Shown: positions 18,191-27,907, numbered from the stretch's first letter. The stretch: 32,000 nucleotides of DNA from Candidatus Kuenenia stuttgartensis (GCF_900232105.1 NZ_LT934425.1:2670001-2702000), one strand, 5' to 3'. Program-made: numbers and translations. The notes: generated from the sequence alone by a model not told the origin.

Positions 18191-19999
18191 GTGAATATGC
18201 AAAATAAAGACTATTTCAGCAAAGACAGGACGCCAACGAGGGGTTTTAACAGGGTTGTGATAAGAAAACTGTTTTCTTATATTTTACGCTATAAGGCATT
18301 GGGCATATTATCGCTCTTCATTGTTATTGCAGGTACAATTCTTTTTTTAATGGGACCGTATCTTTTTGGTTATACGATTGACCATGGTATTGTCAATGGG
18401 GATATATCGCTATTATACAAAATGGCAATTGCGTTGTTTGGAATAAAAACGGTACGGCTATTGTTAATAGTAATTCAGAGCTATAATTTACAAATGATTG
18501 GGCAAAAAGTAACAATGGATATGCGCATGGAACTCTTTCGCCACATCCACTCATTGCCGGTCTCGTTTTTCGACAAAAATCCTGTGGGCAGAATTGTTAC
18601 GCGGTTGACAAATGACATTGCTTCCATCAGCGAGCTTTTTTCTGTGGGCGTTATCACCGTAATAGGAGACCTGTTCATAATAGCAGGGATTATTGTCGCA
18701 ATGTTTCTCCTGGATGTACAGCTTGGGTTGTTGAGTCTTTTGGCATTTCCAATAATGATAATATTGGCATGCTGGTTCGGCGCCCGTATGAAAAACTCGT
18801 TTCGTGAAATACGCCGCAAACTTGCGCAGATAAACTCTTATCTAAATGAAAATATTACGGGGATGAAAGTGATTCAACTTTTCAACCGGGAAGGGAAGAA
18901 TTATAAGATATTTGGAGAAATCAGTGATGACAATTTGAAGGAACAATCAAAGTACATTACATACTTTGCAATTTTTCAGCCATCAATCCACATGGTGAGC
19001 GGCTTTACCATTGCCATTATTTTATGGTATGGAGGAATGAGATACCTGGATGGTGTTCTTACTTTGGGAGTTTTAGTGACATTTCTGACGTATGTTCAAA
19101 ATTTATTTGATCCGATAAGGGATATAATTGAAAAGTATAACATTTTTCAAGGGGCAATGGCTTCTTCAGAGCGTGTATTCGGTTTAATGGAAGAACAGCA
19201 GGAACCGGATTATAGTATTGCAAATCCCTACAGGGAAATCCCAAAAAAGGAATTTAAGGGAGATATAATCTTTCGTAATGTCTGGTTTGCTTATAACGAC
19301 AGCGATTTTGTATTGAAGAATATTTCCTTTCAGGTAAAACATGGCCAGTCTGTTGCGTTAGTAGGCGTAACCGGAAGCGGCAAAACGTCTATTGCCAATG
19401 TGTTGACACGGTTTTATGAAATTCAGAAGGGGGCGATTTTTATTGATGGGATTGATATTAAAAAAATTGAGAAGATTGGGTTGAGGTACATGATTGGATA
19501 TATCAGTCAGGATGTTTTTTTGTTTTCGGGCACGTTGCGGGAAAATATTACGTTGTTCAGGCATATGGAGGATTCCGAATTGTTGTCCATAATTAATTCT
19601 TTAGGTTTAATGCCGTTTATTAATCGAATGCAAGATGGATTGGATACGAAAATTTCAGAGCGGGGGGCAAATCTTTCGGTAGGGGAGCGGCAATTTATTT
19701 CACTATCAAGGATTATTCTGTACGACCCTCAAATTATCATTCTGGACGAGGCGACTTCCAGCATGGACCCCATTTCAGAAGTTTTTATCCAGGAAGCGAT
19801 GCATAAAATTACAAAAGGCAAAACATCTATTTTAATTGCACACCGGCTATCAACCATACTTCATTGTGATAAGATAATTGAATTAAACAGGGGAGAAATT
19901 ATAGAAGAGGGTACTCATGAGGAATTATTAAAAAAAGACAGCCTTTATCGTCAACTCTATAAACTCTCTTTAAAGGGAAAATTTGTGGAATCCCGGTGA
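18191..19999 (+). CDS. ABC exporter half-transporter (TMD-NBD fusion), MsbA/MdlB-like
   Basis: Six-TM region, Walker A GVTGSGKTS, signature NLSVGERQFISLSR, Walker B IIILDEATSSMDP, H-loop IAHRLSTI. Confidence 0.95.
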   Translation: MNMQNKDYFSKDRTPTRGFNRVVIRKLFSYILRYKALGILSLFIVIAGTILFLMGPYLFGYTIDHGIVNGDISLLYKMAIALFGIKTVRLLLIVIQSYNLQMIGQKVTMDMRMELFRHIHSLPVSFFDKNPVGRIVTRLTNDIASISELFSVGVITVIGDLFIIAGIIVAMFLLDVQLGLLSLLAFPIMIILACWFGARMKNSFREIRRKLAQINSYLNENITGMKVIQLFNREGKNYKIFGEISDDNLKEQSKYITYFAIFQPSIHMVSGFTIAIILWYGGMRYLDGVLTLGVLVTFLTYVQNLFDPIRDIIEKYNIFQGAMASSERVFGLMEEQQEPDYSIANPYREIPKKEFKGDIIFRNVWFAYNDSDFVLKNISFQVKHGQSVALVGVTGSGKTSIANVLTRFYEIQKGAIFIDGIDIKKIEKIGLRYMIGYISQDVFLFSGTLRENITLFRHMEDSELLSIINSLGLMPFINRMQDGLDTKISERGANLSVGERQFISLSRIILYDPQIIILDEATSSMDPISEVFIQEAMHKITKGKTSILIAHRLSTILHCDKIIELNRGEIIEEGTHEELLKKDSLYRQLYKLSLKGKFVESR

Positions 20000-20001
20000 A
20001 A

Positions 20002-20029
20002 GTAGAGATGCACGGCTGTGCATCTCTAC
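20002..20029. repeat. Perfect hairpin GTAGAGATGCAC GGCT GTGCATCTCTAC
   Basis: 12-bp perfect arms beginning 3 nt after the ABC transporter stop; no U-tract. Confidence 0.8.
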
Positions 20030-20142
20030 AGCAAATTCCCCTATTGGGGAGGGGACAGGGGTGGGTAAAAATGGATACCGTTGGGTTTTTGTCTTTTAAA
20101 AACCCAACCTAATTTAATGATAAGTAAATTCAAGGTTGCAAT

Positions 20143-20171
20143 TGTAGAGCGACGAGCCTCGTCGCTCTACA
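20143..20171. repeat. Perfect hairpin TGTAGAGCGACGAG C CTCGTCGCTCTACA
   Basis: 14-bp perfect arms, 1-nt centre. Confidence 0.85.
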
Positions 20172-20259
20172 TTGAGAAAGCCGCCAAAGGCAGTCTAATT
20201 TAAATAACTAAGCATGGAGTCCCCGGAATTCCGTCCAACGTGATAATCATGAAAGGCCC

Positions 20260-21738
20260 TCAATTAATTTCGCTCCAGGAAATAATTTCATAGCCTAAAA
20301 CAGGATACCCTTCCAACCTTCCAAAAGCTTCATCGTAATGGAATTTTGCGTTTGAACGGCTCTTTATGTATTTTCCCCTGATTGCTCCCAGCGAATCGGA
20401 ATTTGAGCTAATGTCAATTGCAGCGTTAGGGGCATAGATAGCGCCGGTTATAGTAGAATTTGAGCTTATGCTGATCTTATAGTCACTGTTACTGGAAGAT
20501 GCGGCAGAAGAATATATCATAAGGTCTGTCGGCGCCCCCGGATTAACAATGGTATTGGATGAGATATCTAACTCGCCTGTAACATAAACAGCCAACGTTG
20601 AACCGCTACTCAATGTCAAACTGCTATTGCTAGCGTCTTCAAAGTCCCCGCTTACATAAAAAGTTACACTTCCATTTATGGTTAATGTTGAATTGGAATT
20701 GAGTTCAAAACTGTTGAAATGATAATTCCTGGTCTGTCCGGGACTTCCAAGAGAAAACGCATCGTTACTACTAAGGCTGAATGCCTTATTAGATGAATTA
20801 TAAGGATTGTTGGTGGAAAGATTGACTATCTCAGCATTGTTATTGCTGTCCACAATATCATCTGCTTCATCAAAAATAGTCGCGGTATCTAATGGGTCAC
20901 AATCGGTGGGTGGATTATTTTCGGTGGGGATTCCATAAATAACGGCATTAACGCCGGTGGTGTCCGGAGAGCCTCTATATCCGGTAAGATTTGCCGGGGT
21001 TCCCAGTCCCGTTACAGGAGAACCCGTTCCGGATGCCCCAACATATCTTGTTGCCCTGGCATTTCCATGTACCTGTGCATTGCCATCGACAGTTATATCG
21101 GCACCGGCATTGGCGGTACCTACATTTCCTTTATCCCTTGCCCATGCATTATTTTGGTTGTCCTTCCTGGTACCAACGGGAATTACCTGTGAATCATAAG
21201 TTCCAAGGTCAGAATCATAACTATCGGTAAAACCATTGCTTTCTATTGTTACACCGTCGCATCCCTCCAATGCCTTTGTGAAAGGAAGCGCATACACGAG
21301 GCGAACAACAGCTTCTATTTGCTTTATTGAAGACGAGCTGGAACCCGTTGATGTAATCAGAAAAAGGGGAGTGCCTCCGTCATCCGTCACAACACTGCTG
21401 TCAATAACCTGATGTGTTACGGTGAAACTATTGTTAAAACCGGTAGAAGAACCTGCAACGTTCCAATCCGGGTCTGTCTTTGCTCCATCATCTGATATGT
21501 TGCCATTCATTAATCGGCCAATTCCATCATATATCCCCGCCTCCGCCACATAGAATGCCTGGACGCTGGTCTTGTAATTTCCGCTTATTTTAATATCTGT
21601 TGTGGTTGTGTAAACAGCGACTGTGCTTACTATGGCTAAAATTGCTATTAATGCAAGAACAACAATAAGGACTAATCCCTTGTCCTGTCCACCCATCACG
21701 TTTAGAGAAAACTTTTTTTTGGATTGTTTTAATTCCAT
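20260..21738 (-). CDS. PilX-like minor prepilin with large C-terminal passenger
   Basis: QDKGLVLIVVLALIAILAIVSTVAVYTTTTDIKISGNYKTSVQAFYVAEAGI; remainder rich in Ser/Asn/Thr strands. Confidence 0.8.
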   Translation of the reverse strand: MELKQSKKKFSLNVMGGQDKGLVLIVVLALIAILAIVSTVAVYTTTTDIKISGNYKTSVQAFYVAEAGIYDGIGRLMNGNISDDGAKTDPDWNVAGSSTGFNNSFTVTHQVIDSSVVTDDGGTPLFLITSTGSSSSSIKQIEAVVRLVYALPFTKALEGCDGVTIESNGFTDSYDSDLGTYDSQVIPVGTRKDNQNNAWARDKGNVGTANAGADITVDGNAQVHGNARATRYVGASGTGSPVTGLGTPANLTGYRGSPDTTGVNAVIYGIPTENNPPTDCDPLDTATIFDEADDIVDSNNNAEIVNLSTNNPYNSSNKAFSLSSNDAFSLGSPGQTRNYHFNSFELNSNSTLTINGSVTFYVSGDFEDASNSSLTLSSGSTLAVYVTGELDISSNTIVNPGAPTDLMIYSSAASSSNSDYKISISSNSTITGAIYAPNAAIDISSNSDSLGAIRGKYIKSRSNAKFHYDEAFGRLEGYPVLGYEIISWSEIN

Positions 21739-22505
21739 TATTGATTTCTCAATTTAATAATTGATGTGAGAGTTCCGCGCCGATAACCGTCTCCGGAATA
21801 ATTTGGATCGATGTTAGCAGTACGTCCTGTTATAGCAATGGTAACGGTGTTTGTAGCTCCTGTGACGGTATTTGTACCGTATGTTAAACTAATAAATTCA
21901 ATATTTTCTGCAAGTGGCTGACTATTTCGATATATCTTTAAATTAGCCGTGTCATGACTAAAAGTAACATTTTCCACGGTACGAACGGTAGTACTCCCTG
22001 CAATGTATGAATACAATAAACCTGAGCTTAAATAAATCGGGTCTGGTTCACCTACCAGATGACTGGCGGAACTATCAGAAGGAATAACTTCTGTACGGTT
22101 TCCATCGGAAATATAGATATAATCAGTGCTTGCTATCGAATAATTACTATCTGGCGTTAAACTAACGAAAACTACGGTTGTTCCTGCATTGGCATTAGTA
22201 ACAAGGGTGGCGGCAATGTCGCTATCAATATCGCCCAGGAAAGTAATTGTGCTCGTGCCAGAAGTCCTGATTGTGCTTGTACCTGTTACCATACAACCAG
22301 CCATTCTGATCTCGCGGGTCATTATGTCCATGGCTGACCGGATATATTGCTGCATCTCACTTACCTGCTCCTGGACACTAAATGCCTTCCGCTGTGAAAT
22401 AAGTAACTTGACCGCTGTACTCAGAATAATAACAGTAAGGACAAGACCTACTAACAATTCAACTAACGTAAAGCCATATTCATTATCGTTGCGAAAAACT
22501 GACAT
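21738..22505 (-). CDS. PilW-like prepilin
   Basis: YGFTLVELLVGLVLTVIILSTAVKLLISQRKAF...QQYIRSAMDIMTREIRMAG; 1-nt overlap with the downstream PilX-like ORF. Confidence 0.88.
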   Translation of the reverse strand: MSVFRNDNEYGFTLVELLVGLVLTVIILSTAVKLLISQRKAFSVQEQVSEMQQYIRSAMDIMTREIRMAGCMVTGTSTIRTSGTSTITFLGDIDSDIAATLVTNANAGTTVVFVSLTPDSNYSIASTDYIYISDGNRTEVIPSDSSASHLVGEPDPIYLSSGLLYSYIAGSTTVRTVENVTFSHDTANLKIYRNSQPLAENIEFISLTYGTNTVTGATNTVTIAITGRTANIDPNYSGDGYRRGTLTSIIKLRNQ

Positions 22506-22513
22506 TGGAATTC

Positions 22514-22885
22514 CTATTGTGTAAAAATAGTTTTTAATTGAACATTATGTACCGAAGTACTTGTTCCAGGATTCCAGTAGACGCTTACTGCTACGGTTTT
22601 TGTGTTTACGATAGGAGTGTCATTGCCAACAGTTACTTCCAGATAATAGTCAGGATTATTGTATATGGTGTATGTGCCGGTAATTTCATCATAATCCATA
22701 TTCCTGAAGTCCTCTAACTTATCCTGCGCTAAGGTTACAGCCGTAGTTGACTTGTTGCTGTGGGCATTCCCTTTTACTACTATGATGAGTACGCTCATTA
22801 CCGCAAATAATCCAATGGCAATGATTGCGATAGAAATCATTATTTCGATTAAAGAAAAACCTGCATTATCATGAGGATCGAGCAT
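22514..22885 (-). CDS. PilV-like prepilin
   Basis: AGFSLIEIMISIAIIAIGLFAVMSV...TTAVTLAQDKLEDFR. Confidence 0.87.
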   Translation of the reverse strand: MLDPHDNAGFSLIEIMISIAIIAIGLFAVMSVLIIVVKGNAHSNKSTTAVTLAQDKLEDFRNMDYDEITGTYTIYNNPDYYLEVTVGNDTPIVNTKTVAVSVYWNPGTSTSVHNVQLKTIFTQ

Positions 22886-22905
22886 TTTTTTTATTTAAAA
22901 AAATA

Positions 22906-23364
22906 TTAATTAATTTTAACCCGGCCGGTACGTGCAATTGTAAGAGATTTTTTCCCATGAGGATTTTCCAGGGTTATGGTAATACCGAAAGGCCAGTGCA
23001 ATAAACCATTTGTGCCGAATATAGGATTTTGTGATGGGACAGGATTAAAGGTTATTCCGGGATATTTTCCATTTAAATCTTTTGTTATTATTTTTTCATT
23101 TAAATCTGCAGTTCCATTACTATTATCGTCATCTAAAATCTGATATTGGTACTCATTCAAAAAAATTATCCTGTATCTGTTGTTTTGACTGACTGCCTGC
23201 ATTCTTGCCCACATAAGATCTCCCATTACCTGTCTTGCCGCACCATTCAGCCTTATTTGCGGTTTCATATTATTATAAACAGGCACTGCTATCCCGGTGG
23301 CAATGCCCAGGATAGCCATGACAACGATCAGTTCGATAAGAGAAAACCCTTTTTGGTTTTGCAT
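22906..23364 (-). CDS. FimT/GspH-like prepilin
   Basis: MQNQKGFSLIELIVVMAILGIATGIAVPVY...ARQVMGDLMWARMQAVSQNNRYRIIF; ORF opens at 23409 but MQNQKG at 23364 is the likely start. Confidence 0.87.
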   Translation of the reverse strand: MQNQKGFSLIELIVVMAILGIATGIAVPVYNNMKPQIRLNGAARQVMGDLMWARMQAVSQNNRYRIIFLNEYQYQILDDDNSNGTADLNEKIITKDLNGKYPGITFNPVPSQNPIFGTNGLLHWPFGITITLENPHGKKSLTIARTGRVKIN

Positions 23365-23506
23365 AATAATTACCTCAAGCGGGTTCAGGGTTGCAACCGG
23401 CATCGGCAATCTACAATCAGCCGTCGGCAGATTGCAGATTGCCGATTGAGGACTGGAAACTGCCGACTAAGAAAGCATGCTGAGAAGTTGCGAAAATCCT
23501 CGGCGC

Positions 23507-26041
23507 CTACTGCCTTTTTGTCTTTGAAACAGAAGGTACATAGGATTTTTCATTTGTCAGATGGAGAAACCTTTCCTGTTCCTCCTTAATGATGATTGTT
23601 GGTTTTAGCAAGATGATGAGATTCGATTTATTTCGTGTTTTCTGATCACGGGTAAACAGTCTTTTAATGATGGGTATTTTGGATAATACCGGAACTCCGC
23701 TTGTCTCATCCTTATTACTGAGAGAACCCAGTCCACCAATCATGAGTGTGCCTTTATCCGGCACATATACGGTCACAGACACCTGAGAGACATTTAACCT
23801 GGGAAGCTGTATTGTCTGTTCTGGAGGTATGTAAGTGGTGCCGTCGCCTCCACCAACACTCACCCCTTCTGATAATCCGCTAAACGTAAAGGATTCTATT
23901 TCTTCAATAGCAAAGACAGAAGGGGTTACTTCCAGGTAGACAAATTTTCTGTCAGCGCTTACGATAGGCCTTACGTCAAACGTTGTGCCTTCCGGCACTG
24001 TGCCGATAACCGGAGTGACTATCCCGTCTTCAACCGTGGTGCTCTGAATGTAATTTCTGGTTTGCAGTACGGCGATATTCCCGCGCTGCGTGTTTGAAAG
24101 CGTTATTCGCGGCGAGGTGAGCACTTCCGACCCTTTACTTTCCTGCACCGCCTTCAAAAAACCTTTTAATGCAGAATTTCCGAATATGGCAAAGTTGAGG
24201 TCAATACCACTGCCTAAGTCTCCCGCAATATCAGCTGCACCTGTACTGACGGATGTATTATCACTGAAAAACCGGGTTATATCTGTACCGATATCCTCTA
24301 AAAACTCATCCGTTACGGTAATAAAACGCGCCTCTATATTTACCTGCAGATTTTGAGAGGTTCTGAGCGACGCCAGCACGTCTTCAATTTGTTTATGAAT
24401 GAACGTTGTGTTCACTACTACCAAATCTCCAGGTTGCCCCATTCGGGCGGTGATGCTCCCTTCTCCCTGCCCGCTTGTCCGGATGCTTCGTTGTACTCCG
24501 GTAGTAGGATTTCCAATAATTCCGGCATTGGCAGACCATGAAGAAGGTTCGATTGCTGTAACAAGCATCTCTATTAAATCCAATACTCTTTCAGAAGGGT
24601 CTCTTACCCTGGCAGACTCACCCCTTGTCATGCTTAACTGGCTGGATGTTGCGGCAGTGATATCGAATTCAAGGGGTTCTTTATCGTCGAGGTTGATTAA
24701 TATGTCCCTTACATCATAAACCCGCAGCTCCATTTTCTGTTTGTATATATGCAATATGTCGCCTTCAACGAGATACTCATATCCTTTCGGAAGCAAGTAG
24801 TTCAACGCGGTTTTTACAGACACTTCGTTTAATCTTAACGTAATGGGAACATCCCCCGTATCTGCGTCAAATACCATATTTATGTTTGTTTTTTCCCGAA
24901 TGAATGCAATGACGTCCTCTAATGATGTATCAATAAATTCAAAGGAAATAATGGTGTTTAAGGCGTCTTCAATTTTTTGTGAAAATTGTATTTCTGTGGG
25001 ATTTGGTATTGTTCTCAGGAGTTCAGTCCTGGCCTTGTTTTCCTTTACCGATGCCGATAATTCAGGGAGTTTGCGGTTTGAAATACCGTCCCACTGTTTT
25101 TGATCCGGGAAACGAATAATATCCTGGTAGGGAACAGATGATTCCTTGAGATATTCCTTGCTTCGTAGTTTTTCCTGCGAATAGATTGCTTTAAGATTTT
25201 CATAATTCGATTTGTGCTTTGTTATATTTACCTTTTCTTTGTAATACAAAGCTTCTTCATTGTAAGGTTCTATTTCATCGAGTTCTTGTTCCAGATGCCT
25301 TCTGTTTTCTATAGAACCTAAAGCATATTGTTTCTGTCCGGTAATCATATCTCCGGAAAATGTTTCGGCAATTTCCAGGGTTTCTTCATAGGGCATTTGC
25401 AATAGTTCCTTATTTTTGGCAGCAGCGGAAACAGTTTGTGTGGAAGTGGTTTCACCTTCTTTATTAAGCAATTCAGGACGTTCGTTTTTGACGCTTCTGT
25501 CTATCGCTTCTTCTGCGTTTCTCTTTGTGACTAAAGGGTCTTTTTTCTCCGGCGTCACAGCGGGTGCTTTTTGTTTTATTTCCATCAGCCTCTTTTTAAA
25601 GTACAAGGCTCTTTTATTGTCAGGTTCTGTTTCAAGCACCTGTTCTATCAGTGCTGTAGCGTCATCGTAGCGGTTGTTTTCTGCCGCAGCACGTGCTAGT
25701 TTCAACAATTCTGATGTATCAATTGTTTTTGCAGGAACGGATGTTGCCGCCTTCGTTGTTTCGGGCAAGACGGCATCTTCTTTGAGGCGCGAAATGGCTT
25801 CATTTTTAAGTGCTAGCGCTTCCGCGTTACCGGGGTCTAATAAAATAGCGAGCGTCAGTTCATTAACAGCCCTTTGATAATTATTTAATTCAAGGTGTTT
25901 TTTTGCGGATTTAAGATAGTAATTGTCTGTGAGAGATGAATTATTTTCAGCGCTATCGTTATCTTGCGACCATGTTTTATATGTGCCAAGGGGCAAAAAA
26001 AACAAAAGGGCAAAAGTGGTAAACACAAATACACTTTTCAT
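23507..26041 (-). CDS. Type IV pilus/type II secretion secretin with N-terminal TPR region
   Basis: Signal peptide; TPR-like YYLKSAKKHLELNNYQRAVNELTLAILLDPGNAEAL and ARAAAENNRYDDATALIEQVLETEPDNKRAL; secretin N0/STN (SLEDVIAFIREKTNINMVFD) and VPVLSKIPIIKRLFTR core. Confidence 0.92.
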   Translation of the reverse strand: MKSVFVFTTFALLFFLPLGTYKTWSQDNDSAENNSSLTDNYYLKSAKKHLELNNYQRAVNELTLAILLDPGNAEALALKNEAISRLKEDAVLPETTKAATSVPAKTIDTSELLKLARAAAENNRYDDATALIEQVLETEPDNKRALYFKKRLMEIKQKAPAVTPEKKDPLVTKRNAEEAIDRSVKNERPELLNKEGETTSTQTVSAAAKNKELLQMPYEETLEIAETFSGDMITGQKQYALGSIENRRHLEQELDEIEPYNEEALYYKEKVNITKHKSNYENLKAIYSQEKLRSKEYLKESSVPYQDIIRFPDQKQWDGISNRKLPELSASVKENKARTELLRTIPNPTEIQFSQKIEDALNTIISFEFIDTSLEDVIAFIREKTNINMVFDADTGDVPITLRLNEVSVKTALNYLLPKGYEYLVEGDILHIYKQKMELRVYDVRDILINLDDKEPLEFDITAATSSQLSMTRGESARVRDPSERVLDLIEMLVTAIEPSSWSANAGIIGNPTTGVQRSIRTSGQGEGSITARMGQPGDLVVVNTTFIHKQIEDVLASLRTSQNLQVNIEARFITVTDEFLEDIGTDITRFFSDNTSVSTGAADIAGDLGSGIDLNFAIFGNSALKGFLKAVQESKGSEVLTSPRITLSNTQRGNIAVLQTRNYIQSTTVEDGIVTPVIGTVPEGTTFDVRPIVSADRKFVYLEVTPSVFAIEEIESFTFSGLSEGVSVGGGDGTTYIPPEQTIQLPRLNVSQVSVTVYVPDKGTLMIGGLGSLSNKDETSGVPVLSKIPIIKRLFTRDQKTRNKSNLIILLKPTIIIKEEQERFLHLTNEKSYVPSVSKTKRQ

Positions 26042-26124
26042 GTAGTTTCTCCTTTACCAGCGTGATGTATATGGGATTTTATTCTTTGACAACACTTAAG
26101 TTTTTTGAAAAAACAAAAACGCTA

Positions 26125-26148
26125 GTTCCCAGGCTCCAGCCTGGGAAC
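26125..26148. repeat. Hairpin GTTCCCAGGCT CC AGCCTGGGAAC, GTTCCC family
   Basis: Perfect 11-bp arms; preceded by CAACACTTAAGTTTTTTGAAAAAACAAAAACGCTA. Confidence 0.8.
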
Positions 26149-26191
26149 GAGATCAAACCTGTTTCTCCTGTTGTACTCAATTAATTGCCAG

Positions 26192-26986
26192 TCATTGTAT
26201 TTCAGAAAAACCGGTTGATACCGTTTCTGTCCCTAAATTTATCAATTCTCCCGCCCAAAGGTTGTACAGTTCTCCGTCCCTGTTTTTAAATAAGATACTG
26301 GATGATGTAATCATATGCGGTTCTTCCATAATGGTTGTTCCTACAAATTCGCCTTTTTCATTTTGTTGAAGAATGCGTCTTTTTATGATAATCGGTTTTT
26401 GAGCGGAGGGGATAATTTCCACAAGTTTGCAACGGGTATCAAAAGGTATAGTTTCTTTCCCGATGATCCTCTTTTCACCGATAGACATTCCTTTTGAAAC
26501 AGTAAAGCTGCTTTCTTTCCAAACATCCCGATATAATTTTCTCACCTGAATCAAGGCGAGGTCTTCTGTGCCGCCTTTATAAATAAATTCCGTATCACCT
26601 TTTTCCGTTACCGTCAGACGGGAAGCGTCCTGATAGCGTCTCTTTTTTAGCAAATCCCTGAGAGTAATACCTTCACGGCGGTCTTTTATTGATGGAGTAA
26701 AAACAAACGCCCGTTCCAATATTTTTGGCTGGGGAGGCGTGGTAAAGCGTAATTCCATTTCCCGCGCGTTTGTTAATGATATTTCTACTTCAGGCGGTTT
26801 GCTTGTCAAAGGTTTTCTTTCAATTGCTTCGGATGACGCTTCCAAAGATGATACCATTTTGTGTGTTTTTGCATTCAACAGAACAAATGTGTGAAACATC
26901 GTATAAGAAAGACAAAACACCATGATGCCTGCAATACATTTTCCGCTATGTTTAATCTGTAAATTTCTTATATCCATCGTACTCAA
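26192..26986 (-). CDS. Hypothetical protein in pilus cluster (PilP position)
   Basis: 264-aa ORF with one N-terminal TM segment between the secretin and a PilO-like gene; assignment is positional only. Confidence 0.7.
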   Translation of the reverse strand: MSTMDIRNLQIKHSGKCIAGIMVFCLSYTMFHTFVLLNAKTHKMVSSLEASSEAIERKPLTSKPPEVEISLTNAREMELRFTTPPQPKILERAFVFTPSIKDRREGITLRDLLKKRRYQDASRLTVTEKGDTEFIYKGGTEDLALIQVRKLYRDVWKESSFTVSKGMSIGEKRIIGKETIPFDTRCKLVEIIPSAQKPIIIKRRILQQNEKGEFVGTTIMEEPHMITSSSILFKNRDGELYNLWAGELINLGTETVSTGFSEIQ

Positions 26987-27001
26987 AAAAATGTTTGCTC
27001 T

Positions 27002-27907
27002 TTATGTTTTAAAGTCAATCACATATGCATCAATAAGAATAGAAATTGTTGGCATTGCCGCTAAAGTATCCTGATTTTCTATCGGATTGCCGTCGTTTTT
27101 TCTGTAATTTATGCCGACTGTTTTTTTGCCGGTGCTTTCAATGTTTATATTTTCAATAACAAATGGAATACTGGCAGTGAGGAGATCATTCAATAAAAAT
27201 GGTAAACGTTCTGCTTCAAGCGCTAATGAAATAGTTAAGGGGATGGTGGAATAAATCGGCAGGTGGGTATCGTCTTTGTTGTTAGGCGCAGTTTTGAAAG
27301 AGATTTTTTCCAGATTTATTACGCCCGTATTTTTAAGAAGTGCGTTGACCAGCGCTTCAAGTATCCAGAATCTTTTTTGTTCGGGCAGGATTTCATCCCA
27401 TGTAGGAATAGTGGTTCCCCAATCATAAAATGGCAAGGCGGATCCATGAAAGCCGATAGTGCTTTCTTCTAATTTTGCAAATAACCGGGAAACCTTTTTT
27501 AAATATTCCTGTCTCCATAAGGCTTCATCTTCAATCTTTACTATTCCCTTTCCTGGAATGTTCTTTAAGAAAAATGTTTCCAATTGACTATCCATACGAT
27601 GTATCAGGGCGCGGCATTTTTCAATTTCCTCATTATATTTATCCGTCTCTGCCTCTTTTGCCTGTATCCATTTGCTATTGTACGTAATTTTTGACAGGGC
27701 ATACCTCTCAAGCATGGATGACATATTTTCCAGGTCGTGGTGAATAGTAGCGTGTTGTTTTAAAAGAGAGTAGTTGAAAACAAAAAGAACAATTACCATC
27801 GCAAGAAAAACAGCGCCAATAATTGTCCAGAAATTGTACAGGGATGAAAGAACGCTTTCCGTATGTTTTTCACCTTTTGCAAGATTGTCGTTTATGCCGG
27901 AATCCAT
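27002..27907 (-). CDS. PilO-like inner-membrane pilus assembly protein (tentative)
   Basis: One N-terminal TM segment (FWTIIGAVFLAMVIVLFVFNY) followed by a coiled-coil-like region, adjacent to PilM-PilN. Confidence 0.55.
   Translation of the reverse strand: MDSGINDNLAKGEKHTESVLSSLYNFWTIIGAVFLAMVIVLFVFNYSLLKQHATIHHDLENMSSMLERYALSKITYNSKWIQAKEAETDKYNEEIEKCRALIHRMDSQLETFFLKNIPGKGIVKIEDEALWRQEYLKKVSRLFAKLEESTIGFHGSALPFYDWGTTIPTWDEILPEQKRFWILEALVNALLKNTGVINLEKISFKTAPNNKDDTHLPIYSTIPLTISLALEAERLPFLLNDLLTASIPFVIENINIESTGKKTVGINYRKNDGNPIENQDTLAAMPTISILIDAYVIDFKT

Noticed and set aside
23146-25877. Plus-strand ORFs opposite the FimT-like and secretin genes
   Set aside because: Antisense to clear conserved coding sequence, no family resemblance.
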